Shown here in pieces: positions 51,375-61,511 of a stretch of 64,000 bases of DNA. Below the pieces are notes generated by a model. That model worked only from the letters and a program-made list of their open reading frames with translations. It ran no database searches and was not told the origin of the DNA. A program made the translations under genes and the position numbers. This DNA comes from Desulfomonilia bacterium. Its GTDB lineage: Bacteria; Desulfobacterota; Desulfomonilia; UBA1062. How positions within the stretch are numbered: the first letter of the stretch is position 1; each line of letters begins with the position of its first letter. The stretch is from positions 64,001-128,000 of the forward strand of contig JBEKDT010000013.1 in assembly GCA_050014195.1 (NCBI GenBank). The letters run 5' to 3'.

Positions 51375-51403
51375 TTGACAACAAATACATGCTAGGTTAG
51401 AAA
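51375..51403 (+). promoter_or_regulatory. internal sigma70 promoter for infC
   Basis: TTGACA-17 nt-TAGAAA between thrS and infC. Confidence 0.5.
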
Positions 51404-51433
51404 AGCGCTTAAACGAATTTATAGGAGGGTCGC

Positions 51434-51970
51434 ATCGCTAGAAACGGCTTTTTCAGACCGAACGAGAAGGACAGGATAAGGGTTAACGAGCGAATCGTTG
51501 CGGAGAGTGTCAGGGTTATTTCTTCTGATGGTGAGCAACTGGGTATCATGACCGTACCTGCGGCCCTTCAATCTGCTCTGGATCAGGAGATGGATCTTGT
51601 CGAGGTTGCCCCCAATGCAACCCCTCCCGTATGCCGTATCATGGAGTACGGCAAATTTAAATACGAGCAGTCCAAGCGAGAGGCCCTTGCCAGGAAGAAA
51701 CAGACAGTCATCGTCATCAAGGAGATAAAGTTCAGGCCCAAGACCGATGAGCATGACTACCAGTTCAAGCTCAAACACATCATGCGGTTCCTGGATGAAA
51801 AGAACAAGGTAAAGGTCGTAATGCGGTTCAGGGGCAGGGAGATCATACACATGGACAAAGGACTCGAGATGCTTATCCGGGTCCGCGACGATGTCGCAGA
51901 AATGGCCGTTGTCGAGACAGAGCCCCGGGCGGAAGGCCGGACCATGGTGATGATGCTGGCCCCGAAGTAG
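51434..51970 (+). CDS. infC: translation initiation factor IF-3 (ATC start)
   Basis: AGGAGG then in-frame ATC 51434; RVNERI..VRVI..DGEQLG, PPVCRIMEYGKFKY, KEIKFRP. Confidence 0.95.
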   Translation: MARNGFFRPNEKDRIRVNERIVAESVRVISSDGEQLGIMTVPAALQSALDQEMDLVEVAPNATPPVCRIMEYGKFKYEQSKREALARKKQTVIVIKEIKFRPKTDEHDYQFKLKHIMRFLDEKNKVKVVMRFRGREIIHMDKGLEMLIRVRDDVAEMAVVETEPRAEGRTMVMMLAPK

Positions 51971-51986
51971 ATATGAGGAGTGAATG

Positions 51987-52181
51987 ATGAAACTAAAGAC
52001 AAATCGGAGTGCAGCGAAGCGGTTCAAAGCGACCGGCACCGGAAAGGTGAAGAGGAACAAGGCATATTCCAGGCACCTCCTTTCCTGTAAGACAACCAAG
52101 CAAAAGAGGAACTTCAGGAAGTCCGGGCTTGTGGATTCCGCGAATCTGGCCGGCGTTAGGCAGCAGCTGCCGTATCTCTAA
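51987..52181 (+). CDS. rpmI: 50S ribosomal protein L35
   Basis: KLKTNRSAAKRFKATGTGK. Confidence 0.96.
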   Translation: MKLKTNRSAAKRFKATGTGKVKRNKAYSRHLLSCKTTKQKRNFRKSGLVDSANLAGVRQQLPYL

Positions 52182-52195
52182 GAGGTGTAAGGATC

Positions 52196-52543
52196 ATGCG
52201 AGTAAAACGTGGTGTAGTAGGAAAAAGAAAGAGAGTAAGGGTTCACAAGCTTACCAAGGGCTATTACGGCGGGAGAAGAAACCTCGTCCGGGCTGCCCAG
52301 GAATCGCTCAACAGAGGACTTGCCTTTGCTTACCGTGACAGGCGCCAGCGCAAGAGGGAATTCAGGCGCCTGTGGATTGCCAGGATCAGTGCGGCCCTCA
52401 AGCAGCGGGGTTTTACGTATTCCCGCTTCATACATGCCTTAAAGAATGCCAGTATCGAGCTTGACAGGAAGGTCCTTGCGGATCTTGCCGTCACCGATCC
52501 CAAGGGGTTCACCCAAATCCTGGATTCAGTTTCTCAGGCATAG
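52196..52543 (+). CDS. rplT: 50S ribosomal protein L20
   Basis: RVKRGV, AYRDRRQRKREFRRLWIARI, LDRKVLADLA. Confidence 0.97.
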   Translation: MRVKRGVVGKRKRVRVHKLTKGYYGGRRNLVRAAQESLNRGLAFAYRDRRQRKREFRRLWIARISAALKQRGFTYSRFIHALKNASIELDRKVLADLAVTDPKGFTQILDSVSQA

Positions 52544-53548
52544 ATGGACAGTCAGCTTGAAGAACTTCAAAAGGCGTTTGTAAAGGACCTGGAACATATC
52601 AATAAGCCTGAAGAGATCGAGCCCTTAAGGATCCAGTACCTGGGCCGCAAGGGGAGGCTTACGGCAATCTTGCGTCAAATGGGGTCCCTTGATGCAGTCG
52701 AACGTCCCCGTATCGGCGCCCTGTCGAACCAGCTTAAGGTCTTCATGGAGCAGTCCCTTGATGAAATGGCCCAATCCTTTGCTACAGAGAAGACAGTGCA
52801 GGGCATAGATGTAACTCTGCCCGGCCGCATCCTCAAGAAGGGCTCCATACACGTCATTAACCGGGTTATCGCCGAGATGGAGGGCCTCTTCCGCAACCTC
52901 GGCTTTTCAATCGCATCCGGCCCCGAGGTGGAAGACGACTACCACAATTTCGAGGCCCTGAACCTGCCTGAAAACCACCCCACAAGGGATATGCAGGACA
53001 CCTTCTATTTCAGCAAGGGCGTGCTGCTCAGGACCCACACCTCACCCGTTCAGATCAGGGTCATGGAGTCACAGAGACTGCCGGTGCGCATCATTGCCCC
53101 GGGCAAGGCATACCGGTGCGACTTCGACGTCAGCCACAGCCCCATGTTTCACCAGGTGGAAGGTCTCTGGGTGGAGGAGGGCATCACCTTTGCACACTTA
53201 AAGGGCGTGCTCTACGAGTTCATCCACACCTTTTTCGGACCGGATATACCGCTGAGGTTCCGGGCATCGTTCTTCCCGTTCACAGAGCCGTCCGCCGAGG
53301 TGGACATGGGCTGCATCATCTGCAAGGGCAAGGGCTGCAGGGTTTGCAAGAATACCGGCTGGCTCGAGATTTTAGGCAGCGGCATGGTAGACCCGGCAGT
53401 CTACGGTTTCGTGGGTATCGACCCGGAGAAGGTCACCGGCTTCGCCTTCGGCATGGGAGTCGAGCGCGTTGCCATGCTCAAGTACGGCATCGATGACATC
53501 CGGCTCTTCTATGACTCCGATTTAAGGTTTTTAAACCAGTTCGCTTAA
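52544..53548 (+). CDS. pheS: phenylalanyl-tRNA synthetase alpha subunit
   Basis: HPTRDMQDTF, LRTHTSPVQ, FPFTEPS, GFAFGMGVER. Confidence 0.98.
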   Translation: MDSQLEELQKAFVKDLEHINKPEEIEPLRIQYLGRKGRLTAILRQMGSLDAVERPRIGALSNQLKVFMEQSLDEMAQSFATEKTVQGIDVTLPGRILKKGSIHVINRVIAEMEGLFRNLGFSIASGPEVEDDYHNFEALNLPENHPTRDMQDTFYFSKGVLLRTHTSPVQIRVMESQRLPVRIIAPGKAYRCDFDVSHSPMFHQVEGLWVEEGITFAHLKGVLYEFIHTFFGPDIPLRFRASFFPFTEPSAEVDMGCIICKGKGCRVCKNTGWLEILGSGMVDPAVYGFVGIDPEKVTGFAFGMGVERVAMLKYGIDDIRLFYDSDLRFLNQFA

Positions 53549-53559
53549 AAGGGCAAGAC

Positions 53560-55914
53560 ATGAAGATAAGCTACAACTGGATTAAAGAATTCGTCGACCT
53601 CGATGTGGATGTGCAGAGCGCAGCCTCCGCTCTCACCTTGAGCGGCACCGAGGTGGAAGACATCACGCATCAGAGCGTCCCCAAGGAGGTCATCTGCGCC
53701 CGTGTTCTCGATGCAAAGAAACACCCTAATGCGGACAAACTCTTTGTATGCACGGTGGATATCGGCAAGGAAACCCTCCAGGTAGTCTGCGGCGCCCCGA
53801 ACACGAGGGCTGGTATGATGAGCGCATTTGCTCCGGTGGGCTGCGACTTAGGCTCGGGCATGCTTGTGAAAAAGGCCAAGATCAGGGGCGAAGAGTCCTT
53901 CGGCGTGCTGCTCTCAGAGCGGGAGCTAGGCCTTACCGAAGACCATACCGGCATTATGGAATTCGACATCGATACAAAGCCCGGAGATGTACTTGCCGAT
54001 GCCTTGGGCCTGGAAGACTGGGTCCTGGAGGTGAATGTCACACCCAACAGGGGTGACTGCCTCTCGGTGATCGGCATTGCCCGCGAGCTTGCAGCGCTCT
54101 TCGGAAAGAAGCTGAAGGAGCCTGTTTTTGCCATCAAGGAAGAAGATACACCCATAGAATCGGTCCTGAGTGTGGAGATCCTCTCCCCAGAAGGATGCCC
54201 GCGGTACACGGCACGGTACATGGACGGCATTGCCATACGGAAGAGCCCCTTTGCCATGCGCAGGCGGCTGTTCCAGTCAGGGGTGAGGGCCATCAGCAAC
54301 GTGGTGGACATCACGAACTATGTCATGCTGGAGTACGGCCAGCCTCTTCATGCCTTTGATTCCACCTTCGTCGCAGGCGGCGGCATCGTTGTGCGCAAGG
54401 CCAGAGACGGAGAGACCTTCACTACCCTGGACTCGGTTGAAAGGACCCTACGCGCCGAAGACCTCCTCATCTGCGACAAGCAAAAACCCGTGGCCCTGGC
54501 AGGGGTGATGGGCGGAGAAAACTCCGAGGTCCTTGATACCACTACAGGCGTTATCCTCGAGAGTGCCTTCTTCGACCCCAAAGGCATCCGGCGCACCTCC
54601 AAGGGCTTGGGCCTTTCCACCGAGGCTTCCTACCGTTTCGAACGGGGTATTGATCCTTCCATCCAAGCGGATGCTGCCAACCGGGCAGCCTGGCTCATGG
54701 CCCGGTATGCAGATGCAAAGGTCTTCAAGGGCGTCATCGATGTGAATTACTTCTCATATGAAAAACGGGAAGTGAATCTTAGAAAGTCCTACCTGCTCAA
54801 GGTGCTCGGACTCCGTGAGATCAAGGCAGAAGATGTTGAACGTATCTTCACAGGCCTTGGCTGCGAAGTGAGGGGTGGTGATGATCTCTGGATAATCGCG
54901 GTTCCGGTGTTCAGGCACGACCTTGTACGCGAGATCGACCTTGTGGAGGAGTTTGTCAGGGTCTACGGTATGGACAAGGTGGAGCCCGAACTTCCCACGT
55001 TCAAGCCCGGAAAGGCTGTCTCCGGGGAGAATGGAATTCAGGGGCTCAGGCTCAGTCTGGCTGCCTTTGGGTTCACCGAGGTTGTAACCTATTCATTCAT
55101 TGCCCCGAAATGGAAGGCAATCTTTACGCAGGAAACCCTGGATCTCTTGAACCCCATTTCGGATGAGATGAGGGTCATGCGCATGTCACTTTTGCCCGGG
55201 CTTGCAGGCGCAATCGAGCGCAACAGGAAGCTTGCCGTCCGAGACATTTCCCTATTCGAAATCGGCAAGTGCTTCTTCCCCTGCGCAGGACAGAAGCTGC
55301 CCAATGAATATAACAGGATCGGCATCGCCATGACCGGCCAGCGTTTTGATGCACATTGGTCGGAAAAGGGCAGGGCGGTTGATTTCTACGACATCAAAGG
55401 GGTTGCGGAAAAGCTGCTCGAGACTGCCCGGCTGAAGCCCTCGAACTACCCCTTCTATAAGGCAGGATACCAGGCGGATGTCTTCAAGGATGACAAATAT
55501 ATCGGCACCATGGGCTGCCTGCATGGAGATATCCTCACCATGCTTGACATCGAGGGTGATATTTATGCCCTCGAACTCTCCCTGGAAGCCATCTTGGACA
55601 GGAAGTGGCAGGGGCTTAAAGAGATCCCCAAATTCCCGTCCACCTGGAGAGACCTCTCCCTGGTTGTAGATAAAACGATTGCCTATATGGATATCGTGAA
55701 GGCTATCCAGGCCAGAGGGATAAGTGAGATCAGGCAGGTTGCCGCAGTAGACCTGTACACGGGTGAGAAGCTGCCTGTGGGTAAGAAGGGCATCACTGTC
55801 CGCATCACTTATCAGTCTGAGGCCCGAACCCTGGAAGATGCGATGATCAATGAATGGCAAGACAAGATCATAACATCACTCCAGGGGGACTTCGGGATAA
55901 CATTAAGGCAGTGA
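53560..55914 (+). CDS. pheT: phenylalanyl-tRNA synthetase beta subunit
   Basis: HPNADKL, TPNRGDCLS, GQPLHAFD, RFERG, RDLSLVV. Confidence 0.97.
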   Translation: MKISYNWIKEFVDLDVDVQSAASALTLSGTEVEDITHQSVPKEVICARVLDAKKHPNADKLFVCTVDIGKETLQVVCGAPNTRAGMMSAFAPVGCDLGSGMLVKKAKIRGEESFGVLLSERELGLTEDHTGIMEFDIDTKPGDVLADALGLEDWVLEVNVTPNRGDCLSVIGIARELAALFGKKLKEPVFAIKEEDTPIESVLSVEILSPEGCPRYTARYMDGIAIRKSPFAMRRRLFQSGVRAISNVVDITNYVMLEYGQPLHAFDSTFVAGGGIVVRKARDGETFTTLDSVERTLRAEDLLICDKQKPVALAGVMGGENSEVLDTTTGVILESAFFDPKGIRRTSKGLGLSTEASYRFERGIDPSIQADAANRAAWLMARYADAKVFKGVIDVNYFSYEKREVNLRKSYLLKVLGLREIKAEDVERIFTGLGCEVRGGDDLWIIAVPVFRHDLVREIDLVEEFVRVYGMDKVEPELPTFKPGKAVSGENGIQGLRLSLAAFGFTEVVTYSFIAPKWKAIFTQETLDLLNPISDEMRVMRMSLLPGLAGAIERNRKLAVRDISLFEIGKCFFPCAGQKLPNEYNRIGIAMTGQRFDAHWSEKGRAVDFYDIKGVAEKLLETARLKPSNYPFYKAGYQADVFKDDKYIGTMGCLHGDILTMLDIEGDIYALELSLEAILDRKWQGLKEIPKFPSTWRDLSLVVDKTIAYMDIVKAIQARGISEIRQVAAVDLYTGEKLPVGKKGITVRITYQSEARTLEDAMINEWQDKIITSLQGDFGITLRQ

Positions 55915-56085
55915 CCTCCTCAAGAAAAACCCCCCGACTATAACGGGATACTTTAATGGCTCATAAATCCGGGGATGGCGGTGTATCACCCTCAACGAAT
56001 ACATAAAGACATTGCTCAGAGTAATGATCTAAGAGCCCCCCTTTTTTGTAAAGAGAGGACAGGGGAGATTTTTTCCCCGGACCGG

Positions 56086-56748
56086 ATGTACCGATGGGTA
56101 CCAACACTGACGGTACTCTTCATATTTCTTTTATTACCTGCTTCATCCCGGGCCGAATACCGTATTACCTTCAAAGACAAGACGGTCGAGACTGCATGCT
56201 ATTGGATCGAGAAATCAAAGGTCCACTTGTGTGAGGGGGGAGAGCCGCTGGCCTTGTCTGATGTAAGCGCGATCACTGAAGGGAAATTTTCATCTCTTGA
56301 GAACGAGATGCATCAGGATGCTATACGGCGTTTCTGGACCTACATGTCATGGCTGCTGGATAATGAAACTGACCTTATAACAGAAGACAGAGCCGTTATG
56401 GAAGGAATAAAAGAGATCGATGAGCTAAGAGCATCAACCGTGAAAAAGAAAGAGCTTCGCAGTCTGAAGAAAAAATACTCTGACGAAATCAACCGTCTCA
56501 TAGAACAAGTGACCTTTATACATAAAGCATATTCAGACATACATACCCCTGACCGCTCCCTCGTGCAGCTATCCGAGACCAAGATACTTCAGATGATCAC
56601 CTGGACCCAGTCACTCCAGGAGATGCAGAGATATATCAACACAGCCGACCCTACTTACCGCGATTACAGCCAGGAGCACATGAAGCAGGTGGGAGACTTC
56701 CAAGTCAGTTTTATGAGAACTCTCAGCAAAGTGATGTGTGATCATTAG
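56086..56748 (+). CDS. hypothetical exported protein
   Basis: From ATG 56086, signal-peptide-like MYRWVPTLTVLFIFLLLPASSRA; helical C-terminal part; no family recognised. Confidence 0.6.
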   Translation: MYRWVPTLTVLFIFLLLPASSRAEYRITFKDKTVETACYWIEKSKVHLCEGGEPLALSDVSAITEGKFSSLENEMHQDAIRRFWTYMSWLLDNETDLITEDRAVMEGIKEIDELRASTVKKKELRSLKKKYSDEINRLIEQVTFIHKAYSDIHTPDRSLVQLSETKILQMITWTQSLQEMQRYINTADPTYRDYSQEHMKQVGDFQVSFMRTLSKVMCDH

Positions 56749-57173
56749 AGATTGAAGGGGATACCATACATCAAATTGAAGATAGAAACTTATGCGAATG
56801 AAGGTGAGTACGGAATAGCGAAAATCTAACAGTTCTCATAAGTGACGCAGAAGGGTAAAAGATTTCCATTAAAGAGAATAAAAATATCCTTTTACTTAAT
56901 AAATATATTGTGCCGTGAATATTTGCTTACTCCATAAGTCTCTATTATTATTTGCTGTATTAGGATAAAATGCGCTTCGGCCCGTGTGTAATTCTTAAGG
57001 CCTGATTTTTGCAAATGAAATTATTTTGCAGATGATTGTTTTCTGATTAAATGCCGTATATCGAGGAGATTTTCTCCCCATTCCGGAGATTGCGAGAAAC
57101 GCATGAGGATCTTCCAAAAGGTGGTCCTTTCGTTTTCATGTAATGATATGCAGTCTGTATAAAGAGGAATAGA

Positions 57174-57641
57174 ATGGGTAAAAGGGTATTTGTCTTATTA
57201 TTGACCGCTGCCGGCTCTATACTGTTTATCAAGGAACCCGCCGTTGCCGCCCCGATATTTCAATTATCGATTGATAATATATCCCATGGAGGCTCTGAGT
57301 ACTCTCTTCAGGGATCTGACTTTTCATCATTCTCAAATAAATCCGCAAGGGAATATTTCTCTTTGCCTTTTCCCTTAGCCCAAGGTCGTGATTCTTCCAT
57401 TGTGACGTCGGGAATGGTTCTTGCTGCAATGTGGACACTGCCTTCAAATGAGATTGCCACCATACGAAAGGACGGTGAACGGCTGGTAAATTTTTTAATC
57501 CCGATATTCTTCGGCAGCTTCCTCATCGGCCTTTCAGGTTTCATCAAGAAATCCACAAAGAACCAAACGAGTGTGCAGCATTCCCAAACCCATAGGAAGA
57601 CAAGGGCATCTTATGAGAATACCTTGTCGATAGAGACATGA
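57174..57641 (+). CDS. hypothetical protein, signal peptide plus C-terminal TM (PEP-CTERM-like tail)
   Basis: GAGG RBS; AVA-APIF cleavage-like site; FFGSFLIGLSGFIKK. Confidence 0.55.
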   Translation: MGKRVFVLLLTAAGSILFIKEPAVAAPIFQLSIDNISHGGSEYSLQGSDFSSFSNKSAREYFSLPFPLAQGRDSSIVTSGMVLAAMWTLPSNEIATIRKDGERLVNFLIPIFFGSFLIGLSGFIKKSTKNQTSVQHSQTHRKTRASYENTLSIET

Positions 57642-57842
57642 TCTTCTCTATCAAGCCGATAAAGCACGGTTGAGATTTCGCACAATCCCTTACGGGGACT
57701 ATAAATCCTTGCTTTTAAACCAGAGCTCATAGACCCTTCTCTTTGCATGTTCATTGAGGTATACCTAGCTTTGAAATATCATTGTCAACATGAAGGTTGT
57801 TAACAATTGAGCAGCAGAACCAGAAAGGAAAGGGAGAAATAC

Positions 57843-58616
57843 ATGGAGGAATTTGATCGCCTCATGCAAATATTTGAAAGGCTCAGGGCGCCGGGCGGAT
57901 GCCCGTGGGATGCAGAGCAGGACCACAAAAGCATCTCCCGCAGCATCATCGAGGAGGCCTACGAGCTTTTCGATGCCATACACAAAGAAGATGTGGAACA
58001 TATGCGGGAAGAACTTGGTGATGTCCTCCTCCAGGTGGTCTTTCACAGCATCATTGCCAGGGACATGGGCGAGTTCACCATAAACAATGTCATCAATGAT
58101 TTGGCGGATAAGCTCGTCTCGCGTCATCCCCATGTGTTCGGGGATGTCCGGCTCGATTCGTCAAAAGAGGTCATCAGAAACTGGGAGAAGCTTAAGAAAA
58201 ATGAGAAGGGTAAATCAAAGCGTGTTTCCATTCTCGATGGGATTCCTGACGCCTTGCCGTCACTCCTGGCGGCACGGAAGATCCAGTCCGTTGTTTCCCG
58301 TGTGGGGTTCGATTGGCAGGATCCCCATGGGGTGATTGAGAAGATTCGGGAAGAGACCGGAGAGTTGACGGAAGCCCTCCAATCAGGAAAGCCGGATCAG
58401 GTGGAGGAAGAAATCGGCGATCTGCTCTTTTGCATCGTGAACCTTGCGCGCCTATGCAAGGTGGACTCCGAAGCTGCCTTAAGGAGAACCAACCGCAAGT
58501 TTAAAAAGAGATTTCATGCCATCGAGAAGGAGGCCAGGAAACGCGGAATGGAGGTCGATGAGATGTCACTTGAGGAGATGGATAATGTTTGGGATGCAGC
58601 AAAGGGCAAGAGTTGA
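57843..58616 (+). CDS. mazG: nucleoside triphosphate pyrophosphohydrolase
   Basis: LRAPGGCPWD, EELGDVLLQVVFH, RHPHVF, EEIGDLLF; ATG 57843 after AAGGGAG. Confidence 0.95.
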   Translation: MEEFDRLMQIFERLRAPGGCPWDAEQDHKSISRSIIEEAYELFDAIHKEDVEHMREELGDVLLQVVFHSIIARDMGEFTINNVINDLADKLVSRHPHVFGDVRLDSSKEVIRNWEKLKKNEKGKSKRVSILDGIPDALPSLLAARKIQSVVSRVGFDWQDPHGVIEKIREETGELTEALQSGKPDQVEEEIGDLLFCIVNLARLCKVDSEAALRRTNRKFKKRFHAIEKEARKRGMEVDEMSLEEMDNVWDAAKGKS

Positions 58617-58693
58617 AAAGGTTGTCATTGCTGACATCGAACGTGAAAAGTGATAAGAAGAAACTTAAGTTTTTTAACCCCTGAAAAGGTGCA

Positions 58694-59605
58694 ATGCGTA
58701 TGTGGAACTTCATGATTGCGCAGCTTCGAGGGATACTGACGATACTACTCTTTATCCTCGATACCTTCTTAGTGACCATACCATTTTATACGGTAGCCTT
58801 ATTCAAATGGATTATCCCTGTCCGGTCATGGAGGATTTTTTGCTCATGGCTCCTGCATCGTATCGCTGATGTTTGGCTTTATTTTCTGAATCTTCCCCAG
58901 TCCATGACAAGTAAGACCAGGTGGGTCATTAAGGGTATGGAGTCCTTGAACCTTACCAAGTCATGCCTGCTCATGGTAAACCACCAGTCTTGGGTTGATA
59001 TCATGGTACTTGTCAGGCTCTTCTTCTGGAAGATACCTGATTTCAAATTCTTTGTGAAAAAGGAACTCCTGTGGTTGCCCATTGTCGGTCAGGCTTTCTG
59101 GGCAGTAGATTTTCCAATAGTGAAGCGGTATTCAAAGTCGCTTTTACACAAGAAACCTTATCTTAAAGGCCGGGATCTCGAGATTACGAGAAAGGCATGC
59201 GAGAAATTCAAGAATATGCCGGTTTCCATATTTAATTTTGTGGAAGGAACCCGCTTTCGCGTGGAGAAGCACATGAAACAACATTCGCCTTTCACACACC
59301 TCCTGAGACCCAAGGCCGGAGGGACAGCCCTTGTTCTCGGCGCCATGGGGGAGAAGGTTCACAGCATTCTGAACGTCACCATTGTATACCCGAAAGGTGT
59401 AAGAAACTTCTGGGACTATCTGTGCGGTAAGGTTGGAGAGATCCGTATCCATGTTGAGCAGCTGCCTGTAACCAAGGATCTGCTGGGTGACTATTTTAAT
59501 GATCCGCAATACCGCGAGCATTTACAGGTATGGCTCAATAACCTTTGGCTGGAAAAAGACAGGCGTATAGATGAAATGCTTCAATGGGAATCCGCAAGCG
59601 TATAG
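58694..59605 (+). CDS. phospholipid acyltransferase (YihG-like)
   Basis: NHQSWVDI, FVEGTRF, LLRPKAGG. Confidence 0.9.
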   Translation: MRMWNFMIAQLRGILTILLFILDTFLVTIPFYTVALFKWIIPVRSWRIFCSWLLHRIADVWLYFLNLPQSMTSKTRWVIKGMESLNLTKSCLLMVNHQSWVDIMVLVRLFFWKIPDFKFFVKKELLWLPIVGQAFWAVDFPIVKRYSKSLLHKKPYLKGRDLEITRKACEKFKNMPVSIFNFVEGTRFRVEKHMKQHSPFTHLLRPKAGGTALVLGAMGEKVHSILNVTIVYPKGVRNFWDYLCGKVGEIRIHVEQLPVTKDLLGDYFNDPQYREHLQVWLNNLWLEKDRRIDEMLQWESASV

Positions 59606-59608
59606 CAG

Positions 59609-61363
59609 TCACATCGGAAGGTTCATGAGGAGCCTGAACGTATCGACATTGTAGCCTTTGTGTCCTGATCTCAGGATCCGCACCTTTCCGGGAGGAAGGA
59701 GTGGATTGATTTTGATTAAATCCGTTTTCTTCACTATTACGGCAGCAGGTGTGCCCGGGGTTGTGAGAAACCGGGCTACTTCATGAGGAGAATTGAGGAT
59801 GGAAAAGTTTCGCCCCAGATAGAAGGCGAAGATACCGATATATCTGCTCTCATCAGAAGCAAGTCCTATCTGTCTGTTGTCTTGAATTTCTCCCATCACT
59901 ATGTTTGCGAAGGGCTTTAACGTGCGTTGATAATCGTATACCGGCATAAGAACAAAGATTATCGGTATCAGAATTGCCACGCAGACTGCAGGGAACGCAA
60001 GTAAGCTCCGCACCCGGTTCGATAGGCTAAAGAGCATCCGGAACTTGACGGACAAAAATATTTCAAGCAGTACGAGCACTACGCACACGGATAATGACAC
60101 TAATGCAAAAAAAGGACCGGGGATTTTGATGATATTTACGCCACCAAAGAAATGGTCGAAGAAAACCGGCGGCATGAAATACATCATTATATAGATCAAG
60201 GGAACAAAGAAGAGGATCATAGTCATGATCCCTCCCGTGAGACCGATCACCCATTTCTCCACTATGGATAAGGGTCCTTCAGCGGCTTGCTGAAGCCAAA
60301 CCCCAGCCATAAGGAACAGGATCGGAAAAAGCGGGATTGCATAGCGGGTATCTTTTGCAGAAGATGCGTGCAGTATCAGGGCCATGCAGACAACGGCAAC
60401 ACGCAGAAATACACTTAAGGGATCGCTAAGGCCCCGGCCTTTTCTGAACCAGTGGATGAGCCCGGCCACTACAATCAAGGACCAAGGAAGTATGTATTTG
60501 GGTATGGCGATGAAATAATAATAAATAGGTTCCTTGTGGACAAAATAAGGATCCTGCGGCAGGCCCTTGTCACTCAGTGTAAGGAAACGCCCGAACTGGT
60601 TGGCCCAGAAGGCTTCGTTCAGAAAATCTATCCCGCCTTTTTTATACAGCGCCCAAGCCCAGGGCGACACGGTCAGTATAAAAACAGGAATGAACAAGGC
60701 CGGCAGAATGAAGGCAAGTCTCCATTCTCTCCGATATAAAAGGAAACACATGACGGTCAGCCAGACAAAACCAGGTCCCAAAAGTCCCTTGGCATAAAAT
60801 GAGAGAGCCGACACGAAGATAAAGGCAATCCACAGTGTCCATTTCTTTGATACATAGGCTGACCAGAACAACCAGAGCGAGAACATCACCATGAATGCGA
60901 TACACATATCGGTGAGAACAACCCTGGAATACTCCAGATACATGATGGATGTCGCACACATGAAGGCCCCTGCTATACCGGCCCGTTCAAAGCCCAGGCG
61001 GCGGCCGAACAGATATGCCAGGAATATCGCTCCGAAACCATAAATGGCGGCAGGGAGCCTCACAAGACCTTCGGTAACCCTCCCAGCAAGTGTACAGAAA
61101 AGAACTCCGGTCCAATGCAGCAGGGGCGGTTTCTCAAGATAAGGCGAACCATCGAGTGTGGGTGTCACCCAATTCCCGGTCCGGTACATTTCAGCAATCA
61201 TGGCGCCTTCTCTAGAATCGTTTGGAGCCCATAGCGAATGATCAAACACACCGCTGGCGCAGAAAAGCACAAGCAAGATCATGAACACAATTCTTTCGCG
61301 GTTAATCAACCCCCGAAGTGTATCTGTTTGAACACCGTTAGGAAAAATTGCATTTGTCTTCAT
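59609..61363 (-). CDS. ArnT-like GT-C glycosyltransferase
   Basis: LWAPNDSRE, YLEKPPLLHW, VRLP, AKG, HKEPIYYY, RYAIP. Confidence 0.88.
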   Translation of the reverse strand: MKTNAIFPNGVQTDTLRGLINRERIVFMILLVLFCASGVFDHSLWAPNDSREGAMIAEMYRTGNWVTPTLDGSPYLEKPPLLHWTGVLFCTLAGRVTEGLVRLPAAIYGFGAIFLAYLFGRRLGFERAGIAGAFMCATSIMYLEYSRVVLTDMCIAFMVMFSLWLFWSAYVSKKWTLWIAFIFVSALSFYAKGLLGPGFVWLTVMCFLLYRREWRLAFILPALFIPVFILTVSPWAWALYKKGGIDFLNEAFWANQFGRFLTLSDKGLPQDPYFVHKEPIYYYFIAIPKYILPWSLIVVAGLIHWFRKGRGLSDPLSVFLRVAVVCMALILHASSAKDTRYAIPLFPILFLMAGVWLQQAAEGPLSIVEKWVIGLTGGIMTMILFFVPLIYIMMYFMPPVFFDHFFGGVNIIKIPGPFFALVSLSVCVVLVLLEIFLSVKFRMLFSLSNRVRSLLAFPAVCVAILIPIIFVLMPVYDYQRTLKPFANIVMGEIQDNRQIGLASDESRYIGIFAFYLGRNFSILNSPHEVARFLTTPGTPAAVIVKKTDLIKINPLLPPGKVRILRSGHKGYNVDTFRLLMNLPM

Positions 61364-61451
61364 CTTGCATTCTTTAACTTAAAAACGAAAGATTTTGCCA
61401 GATGATTTACCCGTCGGATTATCATTGACAGAGATGAGATGATATGAAAAA

Positions 61452-61482
61452 TAAACCAAATGGTTAAAACAAATGGTTGGTT
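61452..61482 (+). promoter_or_regulatory. tandem TetR operator candidates
   Basis: AACCA-AA-TGGTT palindrome and adjacent AAACA-AA-TGGTT, downstream of TTGACA at 61425. Confidence 0.6.
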
Positions 61483-61511
61483 ATATTATTACGAATATTT
61501 TGGAGCTTGAA

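Noticed and set aside
43463-55860. Many long antisense ORFs over etf, thrS and pheST
   Set aside because: Shadow ORFs expected from GC-rich codon usage of conserved genes
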